Assembly (NCBI RefSeq): GCF_004010195.1
Contig: NC_057755.1
Location: 8,807,685-8,871,684 of the forward strand
Length of the DNA stretch: 64,000 bases
Direction: 5' to 3'
From: Chiloscyllium plagiosum
Lineage: Eukaryota
Numbering within the stretch: position 1 is the stretch's first letter; the number at the start of each line of letters is the position of its first letter. Under the pieces are notes generated by a model that had not been told where the DNA came from, did not search any database, and was given only the letters and a program-made list of their open reading frames with translations. A program made the translations under genes and the position numbers. Below, piece after piece: positions 49,201-60,850 of the stretch.

Positions 49201-52200
49201 GGACTCTGTGCTCAGTTGTGGATTCTGTGTTTAGCAATGGACTCTGCAGTTTGGAGCGGAATCCATTTATGACAATGCACTTATACTAGAGTGTACTCTG
49301 TTCCTGGGAATGGACTCGACATTTTCAAGAGAACTGTTTATTGTAATGAACTCTGTACTAGATGGGACTTTGTTTGTTGATAAATGACTGTCTTGTTGCT
49401 TGTTGGGTTTATCACCTGCACTGTCTTGTGTGTCCCATGGTCTGGCTGGCCTTTGTGTGTGCTGCAATGCTCATAGGTCGTCCTGAAAGCTGTCACCCCG
49501 AGAGCTGGAGTGTGGCTAGGCAGTTCTGCAAACCTGAAGGTGAGCAGTCTGTCCTAAAGCCGAAGGATGGATAAACCATCCAGATGCTGGTCGCTCCATG
49601 ATCCGGAAGGTGTGTAGGGCGTTCTGAGCGCTGTCGTCCACGGGAAGGGGACGAACAGCACTAGAGGTGGCCAGAAGGTGTGTCAGGGCAGTCCACAGGC
49701 TGGACGGCGTGTCAGGGTGGGCAAGAGCCCGATGGTACGTACGGGCAGACCAAGTGTTGGAAAGTGGGGTCGGTTGTCCTTAGCGTTATTACTCTGGGCA
49801 TGTACCGGGGCAGGCTGTCCTACAGGTGGCTGGAAGGTGTGAAGGGCGGTTAGGGAAGCCGGAAGGTGGGTAGGCTGTCCTGACTGCTGTCATCTAGTGG
49901 GTTGGGGAAGCCGGACGGGCTACATAAAGGTGGTCAGAACGTTTGTCTGGGAGTAGCGAGGGCTAGACGGGGCATGAGGCAGACCGAGAGCTGGAAGGTG
50001 GGAGTGGTATGGCGGGCTGTCTTAGTGTGGCCAGAAGGTGGGAGGAGCGGGTGGCTTGCTGGATTGCTGGGGCCTTCCTGTGAACCTGAAGGTGAGCAGA
50101 CTATCCCTAAAGCCAGGGGATGCATATTTTATGCACTGCTTTCTTTGTAATTGGAATGTCTTATGTCCTTGTCATTGTTACTGATTTGTGATTTGAGACT
50201 GGGATTTGAGGTTTGGCCTCCTTTCCCTGAAAACTGTTTGAACGGTAGGGTTTGGATCCTGGCTTTGCTGCTCCTCTCCCTTTTTAAATTGCCCTTTCTC
50301 TGCATGCACCTGTTAATGTTAATTATTTTGTAATCTGTGTATCATTTACTAAAAATTTTAAAAATGAACAAGAGATTTAGAATATTATAAATTTATGGCA
50401 CTTTATCTGTGCTGACTGGGCTACTGTCAGTGTGTTGTTGCTGGAGTTGGATTCTGTTTTTTTTTTGTTGGGGTGAACCTGATTGTTGAACTGGCTGAAT
50501 TATTTAGTCAGTTTGTTATTGGTATTCCTTTCTAAGTGAGGTCAACTTTCCAGATGAGCTGTTCCTGTGATTAGGCCTGGCTTTAGGACTAGGCCTCTGT
50601 GAAGACTGAACACGCTTGTTTTTGCTGGAAGGTGAGCACTTGCTGTATCCTGGAGTTTGGGAATTCACACTGCCTTGGGGAGTGGACCAAACTGCTGTGA
50701 GTTAACTGCGCCTTCATAATGTTCTGTGTTCCTGTGAGTGGGTCTGGTTGTCTTTGAATGAGCCAGGACTCGTTGGACACTGAATATCTGTGTGCTGTGG
50801 GTTGTGCATTTGTTGCCTTCAGGAGTGAACTCTGCCCTCCGTTGTGGACCCTGTTTTTAGAGATAGAATCTGCAGTTTGGAGTGGACTCCATTTCTGACA
50901 AGGTACTTTGTATATTGGAGTGGACTTGATTCCTGGAATGGACTTAACATTTTTAAGAGGACTGTTTATGGTAATGGACTCTGTACCAGAATGGACTCTG
51001 TTTGTTGATAATTGACTGTCTTGTTGCTTGTTGGGGTGGTCACCTGCACTGTCATGTGTCCCTGGTTCGAGCATTTTCCTCTGTGAGCTGGGAGGCTCAT
51101 AGGTCGTCCTGAAAGCTGTCACGGATAGCCATGGTAAGCCATCCTGTGAACCAGAAGGTGTGTAGGCTGCTCTGAGAGCTGGGTTATGGGTACGCCGCCC
51201 CAATGTTAGTCACCCTGAGAACCGGAAGGTACGTAGCCAACTCTGAGTGCTGTCGTCTGAAGAAGGGGTAATCGGGACGGGCTGTCCTAGCGGTGGTCTG
51301 AAGGTTTGTTAGAACGGCATGGAACCAGAGGTGCATCGAGGCAGAATGAGATCAACAAGGCCTCTGGACAGCCCTGTGCGCCGTCGTCCCAGGTAGGGGA
51401 ACAGGCTGTACTAGAGGTGGCAAGAAGTTCTGTCAGGTCTTCCACAGGCCCAGTTGTGCGTCGGGGTGTGAGAGAGCCACATGGTATATAGGGGCAGACC
51501 GAGAGCCGGAAGGTGAATCGGCTGTCATCAACGCTGTCATTCAGTGCAGTTACCGAGGCGGGCTGTCCTAGAGGTGTCTGAGAGCGCAAGAGAACGGCTA
51601 GGGAAGCCAGAAGGTGTGTACACCATCTGATCGCTGTCTTCCTGGAGGAGTGCAAACACGACAGGCTGACTTGAGGTGATCAGGAGGTGTGTCAGGGTGA
51701 ACCGAGAGCCGGAAGGAATATGAGGTGGACTGAAAGCCGGATGAGAGGCAGGGGTGGGCTGCCTTAGAGTGGCCAGAAGGTGGGAGGGACAGGTAGTTAG
51801 CTGAGTTGTCAGTGGTGTCTATGATATATGCACTGTTTTATTGTTCAGTTTGTCGGATTGCCTCTATGTGATAGCGTTTATTGTTGCCTTCTTGATTTGA
51901 TGTATGGTGGGATTCGAGGTTTGTCCTCCTTTTCCTGTGAACTGATTTTGTGGTGGGTTCTGGGGTCCGGCTTTGCTAAACCTTTCCCCTGTAATTTACT
52001 ATTTCTTGTATACAACCGTTAATGTCAAATGTTTGTAATTTGTACTGGTTTATAAGATATATAAATAGGAGGGTAAGAGGTTCTGTTCCTTTTGAGAGCT
52101 GGCTCCGTGAAAACCAGAGCATTGCCAATTCCTTTACATGTGTAAATAAAGGGTGAAGTGATTTGGTGATGGGATAGCGCTCTCTTTGGGGGTACTTCAT

Positions 52201-54014
52201 TTGTGACGACAGTGAGATTAATGGCGTAAGCATGCAAAGCTGCCTACTACCTAATATCCAAGTGGACTTCAACCAGACATTTCAAACGGCTTTCTCATTT
52301 GAAAATGCATCAAGTGAAGCATATCAATTGCAGGATATGCCGACGGACGAGGCCACTTTCAAAAGACCAAATGGACTTGGGGATACCACTTGAGAGAAGG
52401 CAATTCCATCACCACAGGACATATCCTGAGCAGACTCACTCCAGGTCAGCACACACTAAACCCACCGCCTCCGCACAAAAATGTCAAACCTTGGCCAAAC
52501 TGGGAACATTTTATTCAGGATCGAAGCCAGCAAGCCATTGTATTTGCTGCCGGTTTGCGGACTTGTGACAGTGAAAGAGTCCCAGCTGGCCTGTTGTGAG
52601 TAAAAGAACTGATAGACCGGTATCCAGGAGTGTGCACACCCTGGAAATCCCACCTTCAGCTAGCTTGCAAGAGTTAAATTGCTTAGCAACATCCAAGTTA
52701 GAACCAATCAAAACCAACATTTGTTTAAATGGTCACCTGGTTCTAAAGGAAGTCGATACCAGCACCGCTGTATCAGCGATTGCATATCGAATCTTTAACA
52801 AAGTTCGCTCAGGACCCATATTCTTAAGCTTGTGGAAGACTTCAGCTCGACTGAGAAACATATGCGAGGCAACATTTACAGATTAAGTGGACAACTTCGT
52901 TTCCGGTCTTGTGTGAGAAGCAATTGGTTCAGTTTCCACTTGATTTCTCGAATTTCTCGATTAGAAAATAGTGCCTTTTGTTTTCTCAGTTACGGGATGA
53001 GGATGTCACTGCATAACGAGCAGTCCTTCCCAGTGGACAGTAAAGAGTCAACTGCATGTAGGCCTTCCCAAAAGGACATTGTTGGTCCAGACGGGTTTTT
53101 CCAACAATCGAAAACAGACTCCTGGTTATCACAGACTCATGATTGAAAATGTTCATGGAATTCAAATTCTACTATGGCAAGATTTGAAGCTGGGCCCTGG
53201 AACATTACCGGGATCTCGAGGTGAATGTGCTGTGATAACACTTGACTATTGCCTCCACGCTAAAGTGAAGCCCGGGCTTGAGTGAAGACTGAATGAAATA
53301 CACAGAGCTTTTTCAAGAAGGTCGAAAGATTCCCAAAGGAGCCAAGGCCACCTAGCACGTTGACTGGCAAACAATTCCCCGATTCTGAAAGGCCTGTCTG
53401 GTGCTATTTTCCTTTAGTGGAAAGGCAGAGGCAGAAATCAGAATGCTGAAAAGGGAAGGAATCATCAAACTAGTGCAGTTTGCAGAATGGGTCGCACTGG
53501 GAAGAACAATTGTGAAATCTGATTGGTCAGTATGCCATTGTGGGGACTTAAACAAACTGTAAACCAATTCTCATAGCGAGATAAATCCGCAATCCCTCAT
53601 TACAGAGGGCGGCATTTTATTATGGGGTGCAGGAGGGATTGTGCTGAGTAAATGTGTCCACCAGCTACTATTTGAACACCAGCAGGGTCATCCAAGGGTT
53701 TCCAAAATTAAGATGTTGTTGAGACGTTATGTCTGGTGGCCAGGATTGGATCCAGCATAGCCATATTCGTGGAGCAATGCTCAGCATTACAACAATGCTA
53801 AAAATTACCACCTGAACGTTCCTTCCATAGTCATGGAAATGGCTGGGTTAACACTGAACTCAGTTACACGTGAACTATACGGACCTTTCACGAGCTCAAT
53901 GTTCTTGGTTGTTGTGGATACCGGCTCACAGTGGTTAGGGTTCATTCATCAATCTCTGTGATGATTATTGCAAAGCTGTGAGCATGATCTTCAATACACA
54001 GACTTCTCGAATTT

Positions 54015-54575
54015 CTGGATGTAGGTTTATTCGCTGAGCTGGAAGGTTCATTTTCCGACGTTTCATCACCATAATGGGTAACATCTTCAGTGAGCCTCCG
54101 GACAAAGCACTAGCCAGCAGGATACATGAACATCAACTATCCACAAAACGACATGACCCACTGTCACTAGTATCCTTACATACAGATAAGGAAGGGCACC
54201 TCTTCGACTGGGGCAACCATCTTTGGACAAGCCAAACACAGACGCACGAGAATTCCGAGAAACATGGCGTTCCGACCGGAACTCTATCAACAAACACATT
54301 GACTGGACCCCATTTACCAACTCCTGAAAAAAAGAACAGGAAATGTCATCATCATAGTAAATGACTTCACCACAGGAAATGACATCACCAACCCAAAGAA
54401 ACACAAACATATAAATAGAAAGCACGAATCATTTAGCATTGCTTCATCTGGAGGCTCATTGAAGATGTTACCTAGTATGGTGATGAAACGTCTGAAAATG
54501 AATCTCCCAGCTCAGCGAGCAAACCTATATCCAGAACCTTAACCTGAGCTACAAATCTTCTCAAAACTCGCTAAC
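54015..54575 (+). mobile_element. Penelope-like element (second family) with inverted terminal repeat
   Basis: ALASRIHEHQLSTKRHDPLSLVSLHTDKEGHLFDW (GIY-YIG C-terminal part). 54015-54100 is the reverse complement of ~54448-54535. Confidence 0.8.
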
Positions 54576-55541
54576 TCCTGGAAGTGTTTGGGCAAGGTCA
54601 ATGGGATGTCATTTTCCAGCAGAGATTTCTGGTATTTCCTGATGTTGAATGGAATTCAGCATGTTCAGACAGTTCCATACCATCAATCGTCCAATGGTCT
54701 GGCAGAAAGACCAGTCCAAACATTGAAGGCAGGTTTAAAGGCAAAGTCTTCAGTTTCGCTTGATACAAAACTGTCGCAGGTCCTGTTCGATCAGAGGACC
54801 ACTGCTCAGAAAACAACAGGTATAGCCTCCAGCAGAGTTGCTGATGGGGAGGACGATCAACAACAGAGATTTAAATTGATATTCCCGGAACTGGGGTGAG
54901 GGTGAAACAGCATCAGGAACACCAATACCAAACACATGCCGCTTCTAAAGGAGAGAGGCAGTTTACTTCACCGGACGCGGTTAGGTGTTGAAACCACAGA
55001 AAAGTCCCCGCATTGGCACAAGTCGAGGTCAATGCGTAGTCAGGTCCCATGTCTTACAAAGTTTGGGTAAGTGACGCGGTCTTGAACAAAATGTAGATCT
55101 TATGAAAGCTGCTGCTTTGCCATCAGGCAGGAGCAATACAAAACTGTCCCCTCAGAAGCGACAGATAGTCTGTCAGAAACCGTGGCTTCGCACCCTGTGT
55201 CTAGTCCTAAAGGAACCTCCGAGTCTGACATTCATGCAGACTCGATAGCTTTAGAACCTGAAGAGGTGGAAGAAACCGTCTCATGGCACTCTGGGAGCAA
55301 GAGATTGGTTACAGTCCAGTCATGTTACCCTTGTCCGAGTCAGAGTCACAACATCTGGGGTGAAAATATCCCCGGAGAAGCTACAGGAGAAAGAGTAGGC
55401 ATACATCCCCGATCTTGGTGGGGCAGTAAAGTCGTCATTGTAATGAGGGCCAGGAGGATCTCACTGACTATGAGATCATTGACTCAAGGTGAAAGGCCCA
55501 GTCAATCAGTGACCCCTGGCTGACACCGTTCAACTGGAGAT

Positions 55542-55984
55542 GGTCTCTGCTGAGTGCCTGTCCCTCTTCTGCAGTGATGTTCGAGGCCGGGTGTCCTTGG
55601 AGAGGTAGCATGCAATGTCTGCCAATGCTCTTGATGCACTTCGGGAAAGGTTAACACTGCGGGAATAATGTGTTTTATTTCCCCCTGCAACTCCATTTTC
55701 AACTCTTCTTTATCCATCACCTTCACTTTCTTTACACACATAGACCTTTCCCTTATTTGGATTTGCTTGTTAAACGTTGCATGGCCACTTGAGTGTTTAT
55801 CTCGTTGGTGGAACTATACGTTAAAGTTCTTGCTCAATGGTTTCTTATTTGCTGTGTATGTACACAAACAGACACAGACACTTAGACACGGGTGCTTTGG
55901 ACGAAATATCAGCGCCACTGATGTTCATTGTTCGCGTAGGAGATAAATCAAAGAAAACAGAAAAAGGAAACCAAGAAAAAAAAG
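55542..55984 (+). mobile_element. Tx1-like 5'-truncated insert in LTR (paralog of 30655-31086)
   Basis: Tx1 ORF2 C-terminus-like peptide and A-rich tail, flanked by aactggag and gacaggag. Confidence 0.6.
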
Positions 55985-57615
55985 ACAGGAGCGTCTCATC
56001 ACTCTAGCTACTGGCTTCGAGCTGACTGGTTGAATCCCATATACTCTGCGCTTGTAAATAAAGGCTGATTTAGTGAAGGGATACCGGACCCTTAGCAGTT
56101 ATGTCAGTGCTTAGTGACTACATTTTATTTTTATGAATAATAATTTATTGGCAATCTGAACTGGAGTAAAAGAGAACAGGCATTTCTGTGTTGGCAGAAT
56201 GAGTCTGCCGGGGGCCACAAGAGATGAATTGTTTTTAATTGCTTACGTGAGCACAAATTGCCAGGTCTGCTAGTTTGCAGGCATTGGGGCTGGGCCAAAG
56301 TTGATCGCCCGTCCCTAGTTACCTCTTGCAGGTGGCGCAATGTTGCTTTCTGTCCACAGCTGGTAGATTTATCCACAATGCCTTTAAGGAGAGTATTCCA
56401 GGATGTTGACCAAGTGACAGTGAAGGAAGAGAGATATATTTCCCCAGTCTAGATGTTGAGTGACTTGGCGGGTAACGTGCAACGGGTGGTGTTCCCATGC
56501 ATCTGCTGTCCTAGTCTGGATGGAAGTGGTCACGTGTTGGAAGGTACTGCTTCAGATCATCGGTGCATTTCCGCAGTGCATCTTGAGGCTGGTACACACT
56601 GCTGATAATATGCGCTAATGGTGCAGGGGCTGGATGCTTGTGGCTACGGATGCAATTAAGCGGGTTGTTGTGGCCTGAATAGTGTCAAGAATTTTCTATA
56701 TACTTTGTATCAGTGTTCAGTATTTCTTTCGTAGCTAATCTTGCTGCTGACCATTTACGTTCTGGAAGCTGCTCAGATATGGTGAGGTAAATGAACATCC
56801 ACTGTGAGTTGTAATTAATGGACTTGGAAATAAAAAGGAGATAGGAACAATGAAGACAGGAACTGAAACCTAAACTGGCATTTTATAACAGTTGAAACGA
56901 AACAAAATGCGAGGCACACCCAATGAAGAAGGTTCAGGAATGTTGACCATAGGGTAGTTTCAATGATGGATAGTGGGAGACGTTACACAACAATGGGAAC
57001 AACTGGACAAGTTGTTTTCAGGAAGCAAGGCCAGAAACTGTATGCGAATTGTGAAAAAGAGCTTTGAATATTGCATATTCTCATTGCAAGTACGAATAAT
57101 GCCAGTAAAATAAAATTCCAGAGTGACAGCAGTTTGGAAGATTTTATGTTTAATCTTTGCATTTCATTGCCGTCGTATTCAGTCACTGAACATGTTCACA
57201 AGAAGTTGCCACTGACCTTTCAGCGCAAGAATATAAACTTATTAATGACACAAAGCAATGTGTTAAATACATTAGAAATTGGAAAATAATTTCATGTGAA
57301 TCACAAAAGCAAATATTGAGCCCTTTGAACAGCAATAAGTTTTACTCAGTATCAGTAAAACATTATTCGAAATACAATTCGTTAATGTTTCACACAAGGT
57401 ATTATTTCCAGTTTTCGTGACGAAGTGTTTTCCTTCCAATTCTGAGGACATTGACATCTTTTCAGTTAATACTGCCAGGTAAATTCCACAAGGTCTTTCA
57501 ATTTGGAGATCCTGTTGTAAGACTGGAAATACACCTTAAAATACAGGCCAGACACGTATGCTTATTTGCACAGTTTAACAATTCGAGTATATGGATATTT
57601 TACTCCAGTGATTAA

Positions 57616-58466
57616 CTATTCTCTGAATTTAGTTTGTGTTAGAGCATATATACATGTGTTGGTGCACGAACTCAGAAGCCGTAGCATGAATCCAATTTCT
57701 TGAAGATCAAATATTATATTATTGAAAGTCTTGTCTTCATAGTTATAATTTATTACTTGCCAGTTGAAAGAGTGTACGACATATGTAATCCACAACAGTA
57801 TAAAATTAGCAGACAAGGCAAAGAGCAAGATTATGGATTTTCTCCGGTTTACCACCTCTGGATCAGTGCTATTCTGTCCATTTCCATTTACCTGGAGGCG
57901 ACAGCGGATGTAATTAGCTTTTATAATATTTCTGACTGTCAAAGCATTGAATACTGAAATCAATACAATTGGAAGCAACGGTGTAATTATACTGTCAATC
58001 CATTCATACACATTCCAGAATATTGAAGTATAATAGTCTGGTTTTGTGACGCAAAACCATGGTACATTGTCAATAACAAATGAAGGAATAAATGCAAAAT
58101 ATGATGTAATTGACTGCAAACAGCTGATCACACTCACAGTTACTATCACCACAAATGCCGTTTTCGCATTGCAATATCTCACTCTTAGCTTCTGGCAACA
58201 AATTGCTACACACCGATCAAATGTGAAAGCAACTGTGAACCAAACTGAACAGTCCAGGGCTGCAAGGAACATAACAACTCTCAAGGCACACACAGGAGTG
58301 ATGGATAAGAAAGTAATTGGGAAATAAAGATTGTTAATTCGATGCAGTAAGACATTAATAATGACGAGAAGTAGATCTGCTGTAGACATTGCCAATAAAT
58401 AGCGAGTGATGCATTTCGACAACCCGCAATTGCCTCGATTCAGGATGACAATTCCCACCAAATTAA
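57616..58466 (-). CDS. GPR139-like GPCR copy C, coding exon 2; all TMs open but premature TAG in helix 8; exon 1 probably outside the window
   Basis: Colinear with copy B. Acceptor ttacag ends at 58467. TAG at 57618-57616 (GAG in copy B). The frame continues LITGVKYPYTRIVKLCK to the ancestral TAA at 57564-57562, giving the same 905-nt exon length as copy B. Confidence 0.8.
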
Positions 58467-58879
58467 CTGTAAGAAAAATAAAATACTCTACTTCACGATT
58501 AGATTCACAGCAAAACCCTCAGCATAATATGTTTGCTAAATCAGACCAGTTGCCTCAGACGAATACATTAACACAATTACACGAAACAAAGAGAAAAGTT
58601 ACAACAGACCTATTGACTTATGCTAACCAGAATGAAATAAAAATATTTTAGGAACTAATAGACAAGCAGAGTAAATCAAAAAAAATATTGAGAATAAAAA
58701 CCATATATAATGAATTATTTAATGCAATTAAGTCATGCTGACAGATTCACTGAAATCTTGAGCAGATGCTTCATCCTTAACTAAGCTGGTAATGAAAGAA
58801 AAACATCAAAACAAAATGGTAATTTTGACAGGATATTTTACTACAATGGATGCAATCAGAAACTGAGTACGTGAGCAAT

Positions 58880-59000
58880 CAGGGCTTATGCCTGAAACGT
58901 CTATTCTCCTGCTACTTCGGTGCTACCTGACCTGACTTGATTTTCCAGCACCACTCTCTCGACTCTGATCTCCAGCACCTGTAGTTCTCACTTTCTCCTC
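58880..59000 (+). mobile_element. Penelope terminal-repeat fragment
   Basis: agggcttatgcctgaaacgtc..ctgacctg..ttttccagcaccactct. Confidence 0.7.
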
Positions 59001-59831
59001 CATGAGGACTAACAACAATATATATTATATGAAGTGGAATTGTGATGGTTGAATATGGACTGGACTGTCACTGAAAGGGATCACACGCTTTCTCACATAT
59101 GTTAGTCACAAATCTGCAAGGCCTGTAAATGAGAGGAAGTAGAGTTCGGAGATGGGCCAGCATACGAGCATATGACAATCATTATGAAACTTGCTAAATG
59201 TGGTACTTTATCAGAAAGCAGTAACACTGTAATTGTGATTACAGTTTGCTTGATTGGCAACACATCCACATAAATGTACACCTCCTCTACCACTAACACT
59301 CTGTAGCAGCAGTGTGAACAGCCAACAAACCTCACCGCAGAAATTCAGCAAAGATTCATTGACAGCATCAACCACAGCCACAAGCACTTCCATACAGAAG
59401 GGCATGGTGTCTGACACATGTAAGCGTCACCCCCTGCAAGTTGCCATTTGGACACTCACCATCCTGACTTAGAAATACATCATCGATCCTTCACTATCAA
59501 TGGGCCATAATCATGGAGCGCCATGGTATTATAAACCCACAGCAGGAAAATGCGGCAGTCCAAGGAAGTGACTTCATCTTCTCAAGACACAAGTAGGGAT
59601 GGGCAAAAATACATGTTTGTCAGTTCACTTTCCTCACATGAATGACAAAATGGTCTCGTCAAAATTCGGACCTCAGTTTGATTATATTAATTAGTATTCA
59701 GACCATTTGCGTCTGTAAGGCTAAATTTTGTGGAGTGATATGAACAGTGGTGTTTGGGGCAGAATGGCAAAATGAATCACTCAACATGCGGAGTCCACTT
59801 CGAGCATGGGAGAGTTTATTGATATTACACC

Positions 59832-60850
59832 AGTGGGAGGGAACCCAAGGGGTTCCTGAAGCAGCTTCACTGAACAAAGGAAAAACATAAACGTTTACGA
59901 ATTTATTATATTCCACCATTACAGAGAAATCACTTTATTCCCTTGTTAAAAACACACCCAATCCAATGAGATATGTGACTGCATGGTCAGCGATGGACAG
60001 TCTTACAGACAATATAGAACATAAAACAATACGGTTCACAACAGGCCCTTCGTCCCTAGATTTTGCTCCGACCTGTGAATTAATCTATGCCCATCACCCT
60101 ACACTGTCCCATTATCATCCATATGCATTTCCAATGACTGTATTAATCTCGGAAAAATGGCTGAGATAACTACATTGGCAGGTAGGACATCCCACGCTCT
60201 AACCACTCTCTGAGTGAATAACCTGCCTCCAAAACCTATCTTAAATCTATCACCCCTCAATTTGCAGCTCTGCCCCTCCCAGAAGTAAATGTCTTCATTT
60301 TAGGAAAATGACTCTCACTGTCCAGTTCCAGCATCAAGAGCGTATTGATGTTATACTCGTGGGAGGAAACCCCTGGGGTTCCAGAAGCAGCTCCACTGAA
60401 CAAAGGAAACATAAACATTTACACGTTTATTTTATTCCACCATTACATACAAATCATTTTATTAACGTGTTAAATACACTCTCAATCTAATGACTCAAGT
60501 GACTGCATGATCAGTGATGGCCAGCTTTATAGACAACATAGAGCATAAATACTACAGCGCACAACAGGCTCTTCGGCCCTCGATGTTGCGCTGACCTGTG
60601 AATCAATCCATGCCCATCACCGTACACAATCCCATCATCATCCATATGCTTATCCAACGACTGTTTAAATCTCATAAATGTCGCTGAGATATCTACATTG
60701 GCAGATAGGACATTGCACATTCTTACCAATCTCTGAGTGAAGAACCTGCCTCTAACATCTGTCTTAAATCTATCACCCCTCAATTTGCAGCTATGCCCTT
60801 TCCTACAAGTAGATACCATCATTCTAGGAAAATGACTCTCACTGTTCATC
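59832..60850. repeat. Local tandem duplication (~525 bp period) of unique sequence plus a CR1 3' end
   Basis: gtgggagg.aaccc..ggggttcc.gaagcagct.cactgaacaaagga at ~59833 and ~60359. Both copies continue into the CR1 tail (cttaaatctatcacccctcaatttgcagct). Confidence 0.75.

Larger units (their letters stand above)
40765..52065 (+). repeat. Macrosatellite-like array B, about 6 head-to-tail copies
   Basis: Unit junctions (aggagatttagaatct-like) at ~43368, 45251, 46933, 48507, 50368. The first copy is interrupted by Penelope/Gypsy fragments at 41560-43245. Confidence 0.88.
52060..56110 (+). mobile_element. Gypsy-type LTR retrotransposon remnant (paralog of 23474-31210)
   Basis: LTR end ttca at 52199, protease NGHLVLKEVDTSTAVSAI, integrase PYHQSSNGLAERPVQTLK, and 3' LTR ~55440-56110 with a Tx1-like insert. 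Confidence 0.82.
32795..56880. repeat. Segmental duplication unit B
   Basis: Same order of unique sequence and old repeats as unit A, with different younger insertions. Confidence 0.85.

Noticed and set aside
50589..51203. 204-aa ORF and similar SPLQTAES/NRVHN peptides in the satellite units
   Set aside because: Frames and stops differ between units, there is no recognisable domain, and the similarity is explained by the DNA repeat.
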